Origin: Felis catus
Lineage: Eukaryota
Assembly: GCF_018350175.1 (NCBI RefSeq)
Contig: NC_058373.1
Location: 108,750,001-108,814,000, forward strand
DNA: 64,000 nt
Direction: 5' to 3'
Part shown: positions 26,781 to 40,035 of the stretch, in pieces
How positions within the stretch are numbered: the first letter of the stretch is position 1
Layout of the letters: each line of letters begins with the position of its first letter
Notes under the pieces: generated by a model
What the model was told of the DNA's origin: nothing
Seen by the model: only the letters and a program-made list of their open reading frames with translations
Databases searched by the model: none
Translations under genes and position numbers: made by a program

Positions 26781-27429
26781 AAAGGTTATATGGGTTATTA
26801 TTTACCAGTCCATCATGTGTTATATATATAATTTTAATCATGAAACAAGCAATCTACAATTTCATTTGCATTGAAAAGCCACAAAGACTCAAAGATGATG
26901 TAGGTTAGTTTCAGTATAAATTGTCTTAGGACACATCTTACATCAAGGGAAATTATATGAATAATAAAAAAATGTAGGAAATTCAAAAGAAACATTCCTA
27001 AAGGGCTAAAAGGTAGATTTTAATACTTTAGCCAAAAGGAGTCTTTAAATGATAGCCAAATTAAACATCTATTTTGAAATCTAGCTTTGGGATTATAAAT
27101 GTGTTAAATACTTTGTAAACTAAGCAGCTTATTAGAACTCATGGGGGAAAAAAAGAATGACTAAAGAAAAAGGCAAACACTTAAAAATATGCTGAAAATT
27201 CATAAAATGTAGATAAAAATACAATTCCACTTACCACTTGGTTTTGTGTTCCTGATAATCTTTAAAATTCTCTCTCCAGATAGACTGAAAGTTTAATGAG
27301 GGCATGTCCATAACTTTTAATATACTTTACATGGACAAAAATACTAAAACCCACATTCATTAAGATCTTACTAAAAACCTGATATATTTTTTCACTATTG
27401 AATATAATTTTCTTAATTCTCTGAGACTG

Positions 27430-27540
27430 TCATTAGTATTCCCATTGTGCAGGTAAGAGAATTGAGGCTCAGAGAGTATAGATGCCTTGCCCAATTCACA
27501 CAGCTACTAAGTAGATTCAGGATTCAAACACTAGTCTGAC
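27430..27540 (-). mobile_element. MIR
   Basis: cccattgtgcaggtaagagaattgaggctcagagag...ttgcccaattcacacagcta MIR core. Confidence 0.75.
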
Positions 27541-28399
27541 ACAAAAGGGAATGTTCCTTTCATTGTAATATTACCTTTTTTTTCAATTACTTAATACAGA
27601 ACTCTTCACAGTGCTGGTCAGGTAGAACATCTAATTGAAATTAACATGTAATTGAAAATGATTGAGTACTCACGCTTAAGTTGTCCCTTTCCTATTATTG
27701 AAAGGACTAGTACTAAGCAGTGACTCAGAAGCAGCAAGGAAGGGAGTACTAAGAGTGAGTGGTGATGACCTTGGTAGGGAAGGATTTCCCCTGTGTTTCC
27801 ACATGGGCACAGCATCAACTTTCTAACTGAACTGTGATCAAATTAATCATTGTGACAGGTTCCCGCCAGTTGACCTGACTGACTTGTCATTTCAGCAGGA
27901 CCACTTAACTGGCTATGTGGTAGGTACACTCTTGGTCCCCTGGTGCCACCCTTCCCAAATGTAGACCCATTGAGGGGTCTGCACTGCTAACAGTTGGCCA
28001 TCCACTGGAATGTTTGTTGTATCTGTATTCAGAACAGTACTTTTAGCACATGCCTGTTTCTCCCACAGAAAGTGTTACATATTCATGGCTTTGAATGAAG
28101 AATGGTTAGTTCAAAAAGACCAAGAACAAAAAGAAGCGCTACACTTCAGCTATTCAGTTCAGCAAATATTAAGTGCCTAATAATATGCAACAGGCACAGT
28201 ACCACAAGCTAAAGTTTGCCAAAGACAGTTGTGGATCCTTTACTCACAGAATTTATTTTCTTCTCAACAGGGTGTATTTTCTCTCTCCTCTTGGTTTTCC
28301 TTTGATTCTCCACCAGGACTGACATTTTGGAGAGAGCGCCTCCAAAGAATAGGGTAGGCTTTAAATGGGGAGGCCATATTGCATAGCAGTTGAGTCCAC

Positions 28400-28640
28400 T
28401 CATTTTAGAATCAAAGCAGGTATGGATTTGAAATGTGACTCATCCCTCATTTATAAGCTTTGTGATTTTAGGCAAGGGTCTTAAGCCTTCTGAGTTTCAA
28501 GCTTCTTATGTATAAAATGAAGATTATGATGCTAAGAAAAAAACCAATAGCTCAAAGAATAGGAATGGGGATTGTAAAAGAGTATGCATTTGAAACACTT
28601 AGCCCAGTGTCTGTCATGTATAGTAAATATTAAATAATCA
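28400..28640 (+). mobile_element. MIR
   Basis: tgtgattttaggcaag...ctgagtttcaagcttcttatgtataaaatg. Confidence 0.7.
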
Positions 28641-29144
28641 ATGTTAACAATTGTTAAGTACAAATGATGCCTTTGTGTATGCTTTGGCACAGCTGTCTAT
28701 ATTGCTTAGCGGTCTTCTTCCTCCCAACCCTTGCCTCATGCAGGCTGTGAACCAAGTGTAGGCCATGATTACAGAAAGTAGGTGTGAATTGCTCAATATT
28801 TGTGTGATTTAACTAACAATGTCCCTTTCTGAAGTACTTTAGCTGTTTGAAGCAAAAATAATTGATGGGGGCAAAGAATCAAATGATCTTCTCTTTCCTT
28901 CCTTAATTAAATATTAAAGACAAAGCCTGACTGATGGCATGGGATGGCTGCTTTTGGCCTACACTTCCTATGTTTGAAAAAAAAAAGGAAATTAAAAAAA
29001 ATCAAAGGTTTGAAAAATGGTGCTGATTAGGAAGTTGAATCTGCATCTCAAGGACTCTGTGAATATTCAAAATTGAGTGACTCTTGGGGTGGAGAAGTGC
29101 TACTTTTAGTTTACATTTAATCTTTCTGAGTAGTCCCTGTAGAA

Positions 29145-29362
29145 GAGTATGGAGACCTCTCTGAAAATTAAAAATAGAATTACCGTATGATCCATAATTC
29201 TACACCTGGGTATTTACCCAAAGAAAATAAAAACACTAATTTGAAAAGATATATGCACCCCATTGTTTATTGCAGCATTTTTTACAATAGCCAAGATGTG
29301 GAAGTAGCCCAAGTGTCCACCAATAGATGAATGGATAGAGAAGATGTGGTGTGTCACACACA

Positions 29363-29401
<39 letters not shown>

Positions 29402-29775
29402 CCATCCACAATGGAATATTATTCAGCCATAAAAAAGAATAAAATCTTGCCATTTGTAACAACATGGATAGATCTAGAGGATATAATGCAAAGTGAAATA
29501 AGTCAGAGAAAGACAAATACTATATTATTTCACTCATGTGGAATTTAAGGAACAAGAGAAGAGGGAAAAAACCAGGTTCTTAAATATAGAGAACAAACTG
29601 GTGCTTGCCAGGGTTGAGAGGGGTTGGGTGGGTGGGTGAGTGAAATAGGTGAAGGGAATTAAGAGTATCCTATCATGATGAGTGCTGAGTAATGTGTAGA
29701 ATCAGCACATTCCCTATATTGTACACCTAAAAGTAATATAATATTGTATATTAATTATATTTGGATTAAATTAAT
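29145..29775 (+). mobile_element. 5'-truncated carnivore L1 3' end
   Basis: aaattaaaaatagaattaccgtatgatcca...atggaatattattcagccataaaaaagaat, then 3'UTR. Confidence 0.88.
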
Positions 29776-29799
29776 TTTTTTTAAATCTTGCTAAGTAAA

Positions 29800-30605
29800 T
29801 ACATGTATGGACTTGTTGCAGTTTCTTATGTAATGGTGTTATTGAGGCATAAATGTGATTCAGAAGACTACGCATACTTAAATTGCACAATATGGCTAGT
29901 TTGGACATATATGTATACACTCTTGCAATCATCATCATACTCAAGATTATGGACATCTGAAAATATTTCCTTGTGTCCCTTATTAATGCTGCCCTTCCCT
30001 CTCTGTTATTCATCCTCAGGAACTAACTTATTTTCCAACAGATTTAGTTTATATTTTTTTTAGAATTTTACATAAGTGGAACCATGAACTATGTACACAT
30101 CTAACTGGCATTTTAAGATCCAACCTGATTATTTTCAGAATCACTCATGTTGTTTATTTCTTTTTATTGCTACATAGAATCCCATTGTATGGATATGCTA
30201 CAGTTGATCTATTAATATTCACTAGTTGATGGATATTTGGATTGTTTCTAGTTTTTTACTATTACAAATCTTATTTAAACATTCAGACACAAGTCTTAAA
30301 ATGGAGATATACTTTAATTTCCATTGGATAAAATCTTCGGAGTGGAATGGCTAGATCAAATAGTAAGTGTATATTTAACTTTACAGGAAATTGCCAAACT
30401 TTTTCAAATTGAATGCATTGTTTCACATTTGTACCACCAGTGTATGAGAGTTCTAGTTTTTTTAAATCCTCACCAAATTTTGTATTGATCCATCTTTTTA
30501 ATTTTAGTTACTTTAATAAGTGTGTACTAGTATCTCACTTTGTATTTCCCTGTAGCTAATGATGCTGAGCATTTTTATGTGCTTGTTAGTCATTCCTTTA
30601 ATCAT
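29800..30605 (-). mobile_element. Ancient L1M 3' end (resumes at 43441)
   Basis: Antisense 3'UTR and ORF2 tail (gttgatggatatttgg, ctaatgatgctgagcatttt). Confidence 0.75.
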
Positions 30606-33447
30606 TTTAAAATTTTTTATTCTTTAAAATTTTACTTCCAACATAATTAACATATGATGTTAATTTAAGGTGTACAATATAATTACTTAATTCTTTACAG
30701 TACTCAGTGCTCAGTAAGGTAATTGTACTCTTAATCCCCTTCACTTATTTCATCCATCCCTACCCGCTTTCCCTCTGGTAACCATCAGTTTGTTCTCTCT
30801 AGTTTCAGACTCCGTTTTTTGGTTTGTCTATTTGTTTCATTCTAAATTCCATATATGAGTGAAATCATATGGTATTTGTCTTTTGATAACTGGCTTCACT
30901 TAGTAATATACCAACTAGACCCATTCATGTTACAAATGGCAAGATTTTATTTTTGTATGGCTAGGTAATACTGTATATGTTGTATACATAAACACACCAT
31001 ATCTTCTCTATCCTTTCATCTGTCAAGGGTTACTTCCACATCTTGGCTGTTGTAAATCCTGTTGCAATACAATGGGGTGCATGTATTTTCAAATTAGTGT
31101 TTTCATATTCTTTGGATAAATATACACCAGTGGAAACAATGGATCATATGGTAGTTCCATTTTTAACTTTTTGGGGAACACTCATACTGTTTTCCATACT
31201 GGCTATGCCAGTTTGCATTGCCACCAACAGAACACTAGGGTTTCTTTTTCTCCATACCCTCACCAACACTTGTTGGTTTTGATTTTAGCCATTCTGACAA
31301 GGGTGAGGTTATACTTCATTGTGGTGTTTTGATTTGCATTTCTATGATGATTAGTGATCTTGAGTATCTTTTCATGTGTGTATTGGCCATCTGTATGTCC
31401 TCTTTGGAGAAATGTCCATGTCTTCTGATCATTTGTTAATTGGATTGTTTTTTTTTTCCAGTGTTGAGTTGTATATGTTATGTATTTTGGATACTAACAC
31501 CTTATTCGATATATCATTTGAAAATATCTTTTCCCATCCAGTAGATTGTCTTCTTGTTTTATTGTTTACTTTGCTGTGTAGAAGTTTTTAATTTATATAG
31601 TCCCAATAGTTTATTTTTGCTTTTGTTTCCCTTGCCTGAGGAGATATATCTGGAAAAATATTGTTGTGGCCAGTGTCTGAGAAATTACTGTCTGTGCTCT
31701 CTTCTAAGATTTTTATGGTTTCAGGTCCCATATTTAAACCATTTTGAGTTTATTTTTGTGTATGATGTAAGAAAGTTGTCCAGTTTTATTCTTTTGCATG
31801 TAGTGATCCAGTTTTCCCAACACCATTTGTGGAAGAGACTGTCTTTTTCCCGTTGCATATTCTTGCCTCCTTTGTTGAAGATTAATTGACCAGAAAATTG
31901 AGTGTTTGTTTCTGGACTCCGTATTCTGTCACATTGATCTGTGTGTCTAATACTACACTATATGCTAATACTACACTATTTTGTTTGTTATAGTTTTGTG
32001 GTATATCTTGAAATCTGGGATTGTGATACCTCCGATTTTGTTCTTCTTTTTTCAAGATTGCTTTGGGTATTTGGCTACTTTTGTGTTTCCATACAGATTT
32101 TAGAATTATTTGTTCTAGTTTGTGAAAAATGCTCATGGCATTTTGAAAGAGATTGCATTAAATTGTAGATTGCTTTGGGTAGTATGAACTTTTTAACCAT
32201 ATTTGTTCTTCCAATTCATGAGCATGTCCTATTTGTTTGTGTCATCTTAAATTTCTTTCATCTTTTTAAAATAGTTTTCAGAGTGCAGGCCTTTCAATCC
32301 TTTGGTTAAGTTTTTCCCTAGGTATTTTGTTATTTTTGGTACAATTGTAAATGAGATTGTTCTCTAAATTTCTCTTTCTGCTACCTTAATATTAGTGTAT
32401 AGAAATGCGATGGATTTCTGTATATTTGTTTTGTATACTGTGACTTTATAGATTCATTGATCAGTTTTAGTATTTTTTTAGTGGAATCTTTAGGGTTTTC
32501 TATATATAGTATAATGTCATCTGCATATGGTGAAAGTTTTATTTTTTCCTTCACAATGTGAATGCCTTTTATTTCTTTTGGTTGTCTGATTGTTGTCACT
32601 AGGACTTACAGTAAGTACTATGTTGCATGAAAGTGGTGAGAATGGGCATCCTTGTCTTGTTCCTGATTTTAGGAGAAAAGCCCTCAGTTGTTTACCATTG
32701 AGTATGACGTTAGTTGTGGATTTTTCATATATGACCTTTATTTGGTTGAGGTATGTTCCCTTTTAACATATTGTTGAGGATTTTTATCATGAATGATGTT
32801 GTATTTTGTAAAATGCTTTTTCTGTATCCATTGAAACAATCATATGGTTTTTATCTTTTCTCTTGTTGATGTGATGTATCATGTTGATTGTTTTGCAAAT
32901 ATGGAACCACCCTTGCATCCTGGCAATACATCTCACTTGATCCCAGTAATGAACTTTGAATGTATTCTTGGATTCGGTTACCTACTGTTTGGTTGAGGAT
33001 TTTTGCATCTATGTTCTTCAGAAATAGTGGCCTGTAGTTCTCTTTTTTTATAGTGTCTATCTGGCTTTGGTATCAGGGTAATGGATGCCTTGTACAATGA
33101 ATTTCCTTCCTCTTCTGTTTTTTGGCATAGTTTGAGAAGAATACATATTATTCTTCTTTAAATCTTTAGTGGGATTCACCTGTGAGGCCATCTGGTCTTG
33201 GACTTTTGTGTGTTGGGATTTTTGTGGTTACTTGTTTAATTTCATTGCAATAATTGGTCTGTTCAAAATTCCTATTTCTTCCTGATTGAGTTTTGGGAAG
33301 TCACATGTTTTTAGGCATTTATCCCTTTCTTCTAGGTTGTCCAGCTCGTTGTCATATAATTTTTCATAATATTTCTTAAAATCCTTTGTGTTTCTGTGGT
33401 GTTGATTGTTACTTCTCTTTCATTTGTGATTTTTTTTTTCATTTGAG

Positions 33448-33486
<39 letters not shown>

Positions 33487-35245
33487 TCTCATCTCCCCCC
33501 GCCCCTCTATTTTGTTGATCTTTTGAAATAACCAGCTCCTGGTTTCATTGACCTGCTCTATTGCTTTCTGTTTGTTTCTATTAAATTTATTTCTACTGTA
33601 ATCTTTAACCTTTATTATTTCCTTTCTTCTACTGGTTTTTGGTTTTGTTCTTTTTGTAGGTCCTTTAGGTATAAGGTTGGGTTGTTTGATATTTTTCTTC
33701 CTGAGGTAGGACTGTATTGCTGAAAACTTCCCTCTTAGAACAACTTTTGCTGCATCTTAAAGATTTGGGATTGTTATGTTTTCATTTTCATTTTTATTCA
33801 TGTAATTTTTATTTCCTCTTTGATGGTTGATCCATTCACTCTTAGTAGCATGCTATTTAACCTCCGTGTATTAGTGTTCTTTGCAGATTTTTTCTTCTGG
33901 TTTATTTATAGTTTCATAGCATTGTGATCAGAAAAGATGCATGGTATGACCTCAGTCTCTTTGAATTTGTTGAAACTTGTTTTGTAGAGAATTTTGCAAT
34001 CATGTTTGTAAGAAATATTGGCCTGTAGTTCTCTTTTTTAGTAGAGTCTTTGTCTGGTTTTGGAATCAGGGTAATACTGGCTTTATAGAATGAATTTGGA
34101 AGTTTTCCTTCCATTTCATTTTTTTGGAATTGTTTGAAAAGAATAAGTATTAACTCTTCTTTAAAGGTCTGGTAGAAGCCATCTGGCCCTGGACTTTTGT
34201 TTGCTGGGAGATTTTTGACTACTGTGGCCTAACGTGATCTATTCTAGAGAATGTTCCACGCTGCTTGAAAAGAATGTGCATTCTGCTGTTTTAGGATGGA
34301 ATGTTCTGAATATATCCATTAGATACATCTGGTCCAATGTGTCATTAAAGCCCTGTTTTCTTGTTTAGATGGTCTATCTCTTTATGTAAGTGGGGGGTTA
34401 AAATTACTTACCATTATTGTATTATTACCTATTACTTCCTTTATGTTTGTTATTTGATGCTTTACTTATTTGTGTGCTTAAAGAATTACAATTGTTTTAT
34501 CCTCTTGTTGGAGTGTTCCTTTCATGGTCATATAGTGTCCTTATTTGTGTCTCGTTATAGTCTTTGTTTCAATGTCTATTTTGTTTGATGTAGGTATTGC
34601 TACCCTGGCTTTCCATTCACTTTCATTTGCATGATAAATGCTTTTCCATCCCTTCACTTTCAATCTTCATGTTTTTGAGGTCTGAAATGAGTATCGTGTA
34701 GGCAGCATACAGATGAGTCTTATTTTTTTTATCCATTCTGTCACCCTATATCTTTTGATTGGAGCAATTTAATTCATCAATGTAATCGAGTAATTGTTGA
34801 TAGGTATGTACTTATTGCTATATTGTTATTAGTTTTGTGTTTGTTTTTTTAAGTTCTTCTCTATTTTTTCTCTTGCTGTTGTCTCTCATCATTTGCTGGC
34901 TTTCTTTACTGATGTACTTGGATTCCTTTGTCTTTATATTTTGTGTATCTGTTACCAGTTTTTGTTTGTGGTTACCATTTAGTTATCTTATGCGTATATC
35001 CATCTCTATATTAATTTTGAACCCATTTTTAATATGAAATTTATTGTCCAATTGGTTTCCATACAACACCCAGTGCTCATCCCAACAGGTGCCTTCCTCA
35101 ATGTCCATCACCCACTTTCCCCTCCCTCCCACCTCCCATCAACCCTCAGTTTCTTCTCAGTCTTTAAGAATCTCTTATTGATTGCCTCCCTCCCTCTCTA
35201 ACTTTTTTCCCCCTTCCCCTCCTCTATGGTCTTCTGTCAAGTTTC

Positions 35246-38200
35246 TCAGGATCCGCGTAAGAGGGAAAACATATGGTATCTGTCTTTATATGTATGACTT
35301 ATTTCACTTAGCATAACACTCTCTAGTTCCATCCACATTGCTACAAAAGGCCATATTTCATTCTTTCTCATTGCCAAGTAGTATTCCACTGTATATATAA
35401 ACCACAACTTCTTTATCCATTCATCAGTTGTTGGACATTTAGGTTCTTTCCATAATGTGGCTGTTGTTGAAAGTGCTGCTATAAACATTGGGGTATAGGG
35501 TACAGGGTGCCCCTATGCATTAGCACCCCTGTATCCCTTGGGTAAATTCCTAGCAGTGCTATTGCTGGGTTATAGGGTAGACCTATTTTTAATTTTTTGA
35601 GGAACCTGCATACTGTTTTCCAGAGTGGCTGCACCAGTTTTCATTCTCACCACAGTGCAATAGGGTTCCCGTTTCTCCACATCCTCTCCAGTGTCTGTAG
35701 TCTCCTGATTTGTTCGTTGCAGCCACTCTGACTGGCGTGAGGTGGTATCTGAGTGTGGTTTTGATTTGTATTTCCCTGATGAGGAGTGACGTTGAGCATC
35801 TTTTCATGTTCCTGTTAGCCATCTGGATGTCTTCTTTAGAGAAGTGTCTATTCATGTTTTATGCCCATTTCTTCACTGGATTATTTGTTTTTCAGGTGTG
35901 GAGCTTGGTGAGTTTTCTTATAGATTTTGGATACTAGCCCTTTATCCGATACGTCATTTGCAAATATCTTTTCCCATTCTGTTTGTTGCCTTTTAGTATA
36001 TTGATTGTTTCCTTTGCAGTGCAGAAGATTTTTATCTTCATGAGGTCCCAATAGTTCATTTTTGCTTTTAATTCCCTTGCCTTTGGAGATGTGTCAAGTA
36101 AGAAATTGCTGTGGCTGAGGTCAGAGAGGGTTTTTCCTGCTTTCTCCTCTAGGGTTTTGATGGTTTCCTGTCTCACATTCAGGTCCTTCATCCATTTTGA
36201 GTTTATTTTTGTGAATGGTGTGAGAAAGTGGTCTAGTTTCAACCTTCTGCATGTTGCTGTCCAGTTCTCCCAGCACAATTTGTTAAAGAGACTGTCTTTT
36301 TTCCATTGGATGTTCTTTCCTGCTTTGTCAAAGATTAGTTGGCTTACTTTTGTGGGTCCAATTCTGGAGTCTCTGTTCCATTGGTCTATGTGTTTGTTTT
36401 TGTACCAATACCATGCTGTCTTGATGATTACAGCTTTGTAGTAGAGGCTAAAGTCTGTGATCATGATGCCTCCCACTTTGGTCGTCTTCCTCAATATTAC
36501 TTTGGCTATTCAAGGTCTTTTGTGTTTCTATACAAATTTTAGGATTGCTTGTTCTAGTTTTGAGAAGAATGCTGGTGCAATTTTGATTGCAATTTTGATT
36601 GGGATTGCATTGAATGTGTAGATTGCTTTGGGTAGTATTCACATTTTAGCAATATTTATTCTTCCAATCCATGAGCACGGAATGTTTTTCCATTTCTTTG
36701 TATCGTCTTCAGTTTCCTTCATAAGCTTTCTATAGTTTTCAGCATACAGATCTTTTATATCTTTGGGTAGGTTTATTCCTAGGTATTTTATGATTCTTGG
36801 TGCAATTGTGAATGGGATCAGTTTCTTTGTCTTTCTGTTGCTTCATTATTAGTGTATAAGAATGCAGCTGATTTCTGTACATTGGTTTTGTATCCTGCCA
36901 CTTTGCTGAATTCATGTATCAGTTCTAGCAGACTTTTGGTGGAGTCTATCTGGTTTTCCATGTATAGTATCATGTGATCTGCAAACAGTGAAAGTTTAAC
37001 TTCATCTTTGCCAATTTTGATGCCTTTGATTTCCTTTTGTTGTCTGATTGCTGATGCTAGAACTTCCAACACTATGTTAAACAGTAGCGGTGAGAATGGA
37101 CATCCCTGTCGTGTTCCTGATCTCAGGGGGAAAGCTCTCAGTTTTTCCCCATTGAGGATGATATTAGCTGTGGGCTTTTCATAAATGGCTTTTATGATGT
37201 TTAAATATGTTCCTTCTATCCTGAGTTTCTCGAGGGTTTTTATTAAGAAAGGATGCTGAATTTTGTCAAATGCTTTTTCTGCATCAATTGACAGGATCAT
37301 ATGGTTCTTATATTTTCTTTTCTTAGTGTGATGTATCACATTGATTGATTTGCAAATGTTGAACCCGCCCTGCAGCCCAGGAATGAATCCCACTTGTTCA
37401 TGGTGAATAATTCTTTTTATATGTTGTTGAATTCAATTTGCTAGTATCGTGTTGAGAATTTTTGCATCCATCTTCATCAGAGATATTGGCCTGTAGTTCT
37501 CTTTTTGTGCTGGGTCTCTGTCTGGTTTGGGTATCAAAGTAATGCTGGCTCCATAGAATGAGCCTGGAAGTTTTCCTTCCCTTTCTTTTTTTGGAACAGC
37601 TTGAGAAGGATAGGTATTATCTCTGCTTTAAATGTCTGGTAGAATTCCCCAGGGAAGCCATCTGGTCCTGGACTCTTATTTGTTGGGAGATTTTTGATAA
37701 CTGATTCAATTTCGCCGCTGGTTATGGGTCTGTTCAAGTTTTCTATTTCTTCCTGTTTGAGTTTTGGAAGCGTGTGGGTGCTTAGGAATTTGTCCATTTC
37801 CTCTAGGTTGTCCAGTTTGTTGGCATACCATTTTTCATAGTATTCCCTGATAATTGCTTGTATTTCTGAGGGATTGGTTGTAATAATTCCATTTTCATTC
37901 ATGATTTTATCTATTTGGGTCATCTCCCTTTTCTTTTTGAGAAGCCTGGCTAGAGGTTTATCAATTTTGTTTATTTTTTTTAAAAAACCAACTCTTGGTT
38001 TCATTGATCTTCTCTACAGTTTTTTTAGATTCTGTATTGTTTATTTCTGCTCTGATCTTTATTATTTTTCTTCTGCTGCTGGGTTTGGGGTGTTTGCTGT
38101 TCTGCTTCTATTTCCTTTAGGTGTGCTGTTAGATTTTGTATTTGGGATTTTTCTTATTTCTTGAGATAGGCCTTGATTGCAATGTGTTTTCCTCTCAGGA

Positions 38201-39074
38201 CTGCCTTTGCTGCATGCATTCCAAGGCATTTGGATTGTTATATTTTCATTTTCATTTGTTTCCATATATTTTTAAATTTCTTCTCTAATTGCCTGGTTGA
38301 CCCATTCATTCTTTAGTAGGATGTTCTTTAACATCCATGCTTTTGGAGGTTTTCCAGATTTTTTCCTGTGGTTGATTTCAAGTTTCATAGCATTGTGGTC
38401 TGATAGTGTGCTTGGTATGATCTCAATTCTTGTATACTTATGAAGGGCTGTTTTGTGACCCACTATGTGATCTGTCTTGGAGAATGTTCCATGTGCACTC
38501 GAGAAGAAAGTATATTCTGTTGCTTTGGGATACAGAGTTCTAAATATATCTGTCAAGTCCATCTGATCCAATGCATCATTCAGGGCCCTTGTTTATTTAT
38601 TCCGTGTCCAGATGATCTATGCATTGTTATAAGTGGGGTATTAAAGTCTCCTGCAATTACCACATCCTTATCAATAAGGTTGTTTATGTTTGTGATTGTT
38701 TTATACATTTGGGGGCTCCCGTATTTGGCTCATAGACATTTATAATTGTTAGCTCTTCCTGATGGATAAACCCTGTATTATTATATAATGCCCTTCTTTA
38801 TCTCTTGGTACAGCCTTTAATTTAGAGTCTAGTTTGTCTGATATAAATATGGCTAGTCCAGCTTTCTTTTGACTTCCAGTAGCATGATGGATAGTTCTCC
38901 ATCCCCTCACTTTCAATCTGAAGGTGTCCTCCAGTCTAAAATGAGTCTCTTGTAGACAGCAAACAGATGGGTCTTATTTTTTTTAATCCATTCTGATACC
39001 CTGTATCTTTTGGTTGGAGCATTTAGTCCATTTACATTCAGTGTTACTATTGAAACATACGGGTTTAGAGTCAT
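35246..39074 (-). pseudogene. L1 ORF2p, fragmented
   Basis: MTLNPY start, [27 protein letters not shown] (for FADDM); several frameshifts. Confidence 0.93.
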
Positions 39075-39142
39075 TGTGATGTCTGTAGGTTTCATGCTTG
39101 TAGTGATGTCTCTGGTACTTTGTGGTCCTTGTCACATTTCAC

Positions 39143-40035
39143 TCACAGAGTCCCCCTTAGGATCTCTTGTAGGGCTGGTTTAGTGGTGATGAATTCCTTC
39201 AGTTTTTGTTTGGGAAGACCTTTATCTCTCCTTCTTTTGTGAATGACAGACTTGCTGGATAAAGGATTCTTGGCTGCATATTTTTTCTGTTCATCACATT
39301 GAACATTTCCTGCCATTCCTTTCTGGCCTGCCAATTTTCAGCAGATAGGTCTGTTACTACCCTTATGTGTTATCTTTGTATGTTAGGGCCTGTTTATCCC
39401 TCGCTGCTTTCAAAATTCTCTCTTTATCCTTGTATTTTGCCAGTTTCACTGTGATATGTTGTGCAGAAGATCAGTTCAAGTTATGTCTGAAGGGAGTTCT
39501 CTGTGCCTGTTGGATTTCAATGCCTGTTTCCTTCCCCCAGATCAGGGAAGTTCTCAGCTATGATATATTCAAGTACATCTTCAGCCCCTTTCTCTCTCTC
39601 TTCTTCTTCTGGAATTCCTATGTTGTGGATATTTTTCTGTTTGATTGTATCACTTAGTTCTCTAATTCTCCCCTCATACTCCTGGATTTTTTTTTCTCTC
39701 TCCTTTTCTCAGCTTCTTCTTTTTATCATAATTTTATCTTCTAATTCACCTATTCTCTCCTCTGCCTCTTCAATCTGTGCTATGGCCACCTCCATTTTAT
39801 TTTGCACCTCATTTAAGAATTTTTTTAGCTCCTCGTGACTATTTCTTAGTCCCTTGATTTCTGTAGCAATAGATTCTCTGCTGTCCTCTATGCTTTTTTC
39901 AAGCCCAGCAATTAATTTCATGACTATTATTCTAAATTCTTGTTCCGTTGTATTGCTTAAATCAGTTTTGATCAATTCGTTAGCTGTTGCTACTTCCTGA
40001 AGTTTCTTTTGAGGAGAATTCTTCCGTTTCATCAT
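39143..40035 (-). pseudogene. L1 ORF1p, fragmented
   Basis: MMKRKNSPQKKLQE...ALQEILRGTL*. Confidence 0.92.

Noticed and set aside
27673..27790. Minus-strand phase 1-1 exon candidate with a hydrophobic stretch and gtgagt donor
   Set aside because: Acceptor lacks a polypyrimidine tract and there is no other support
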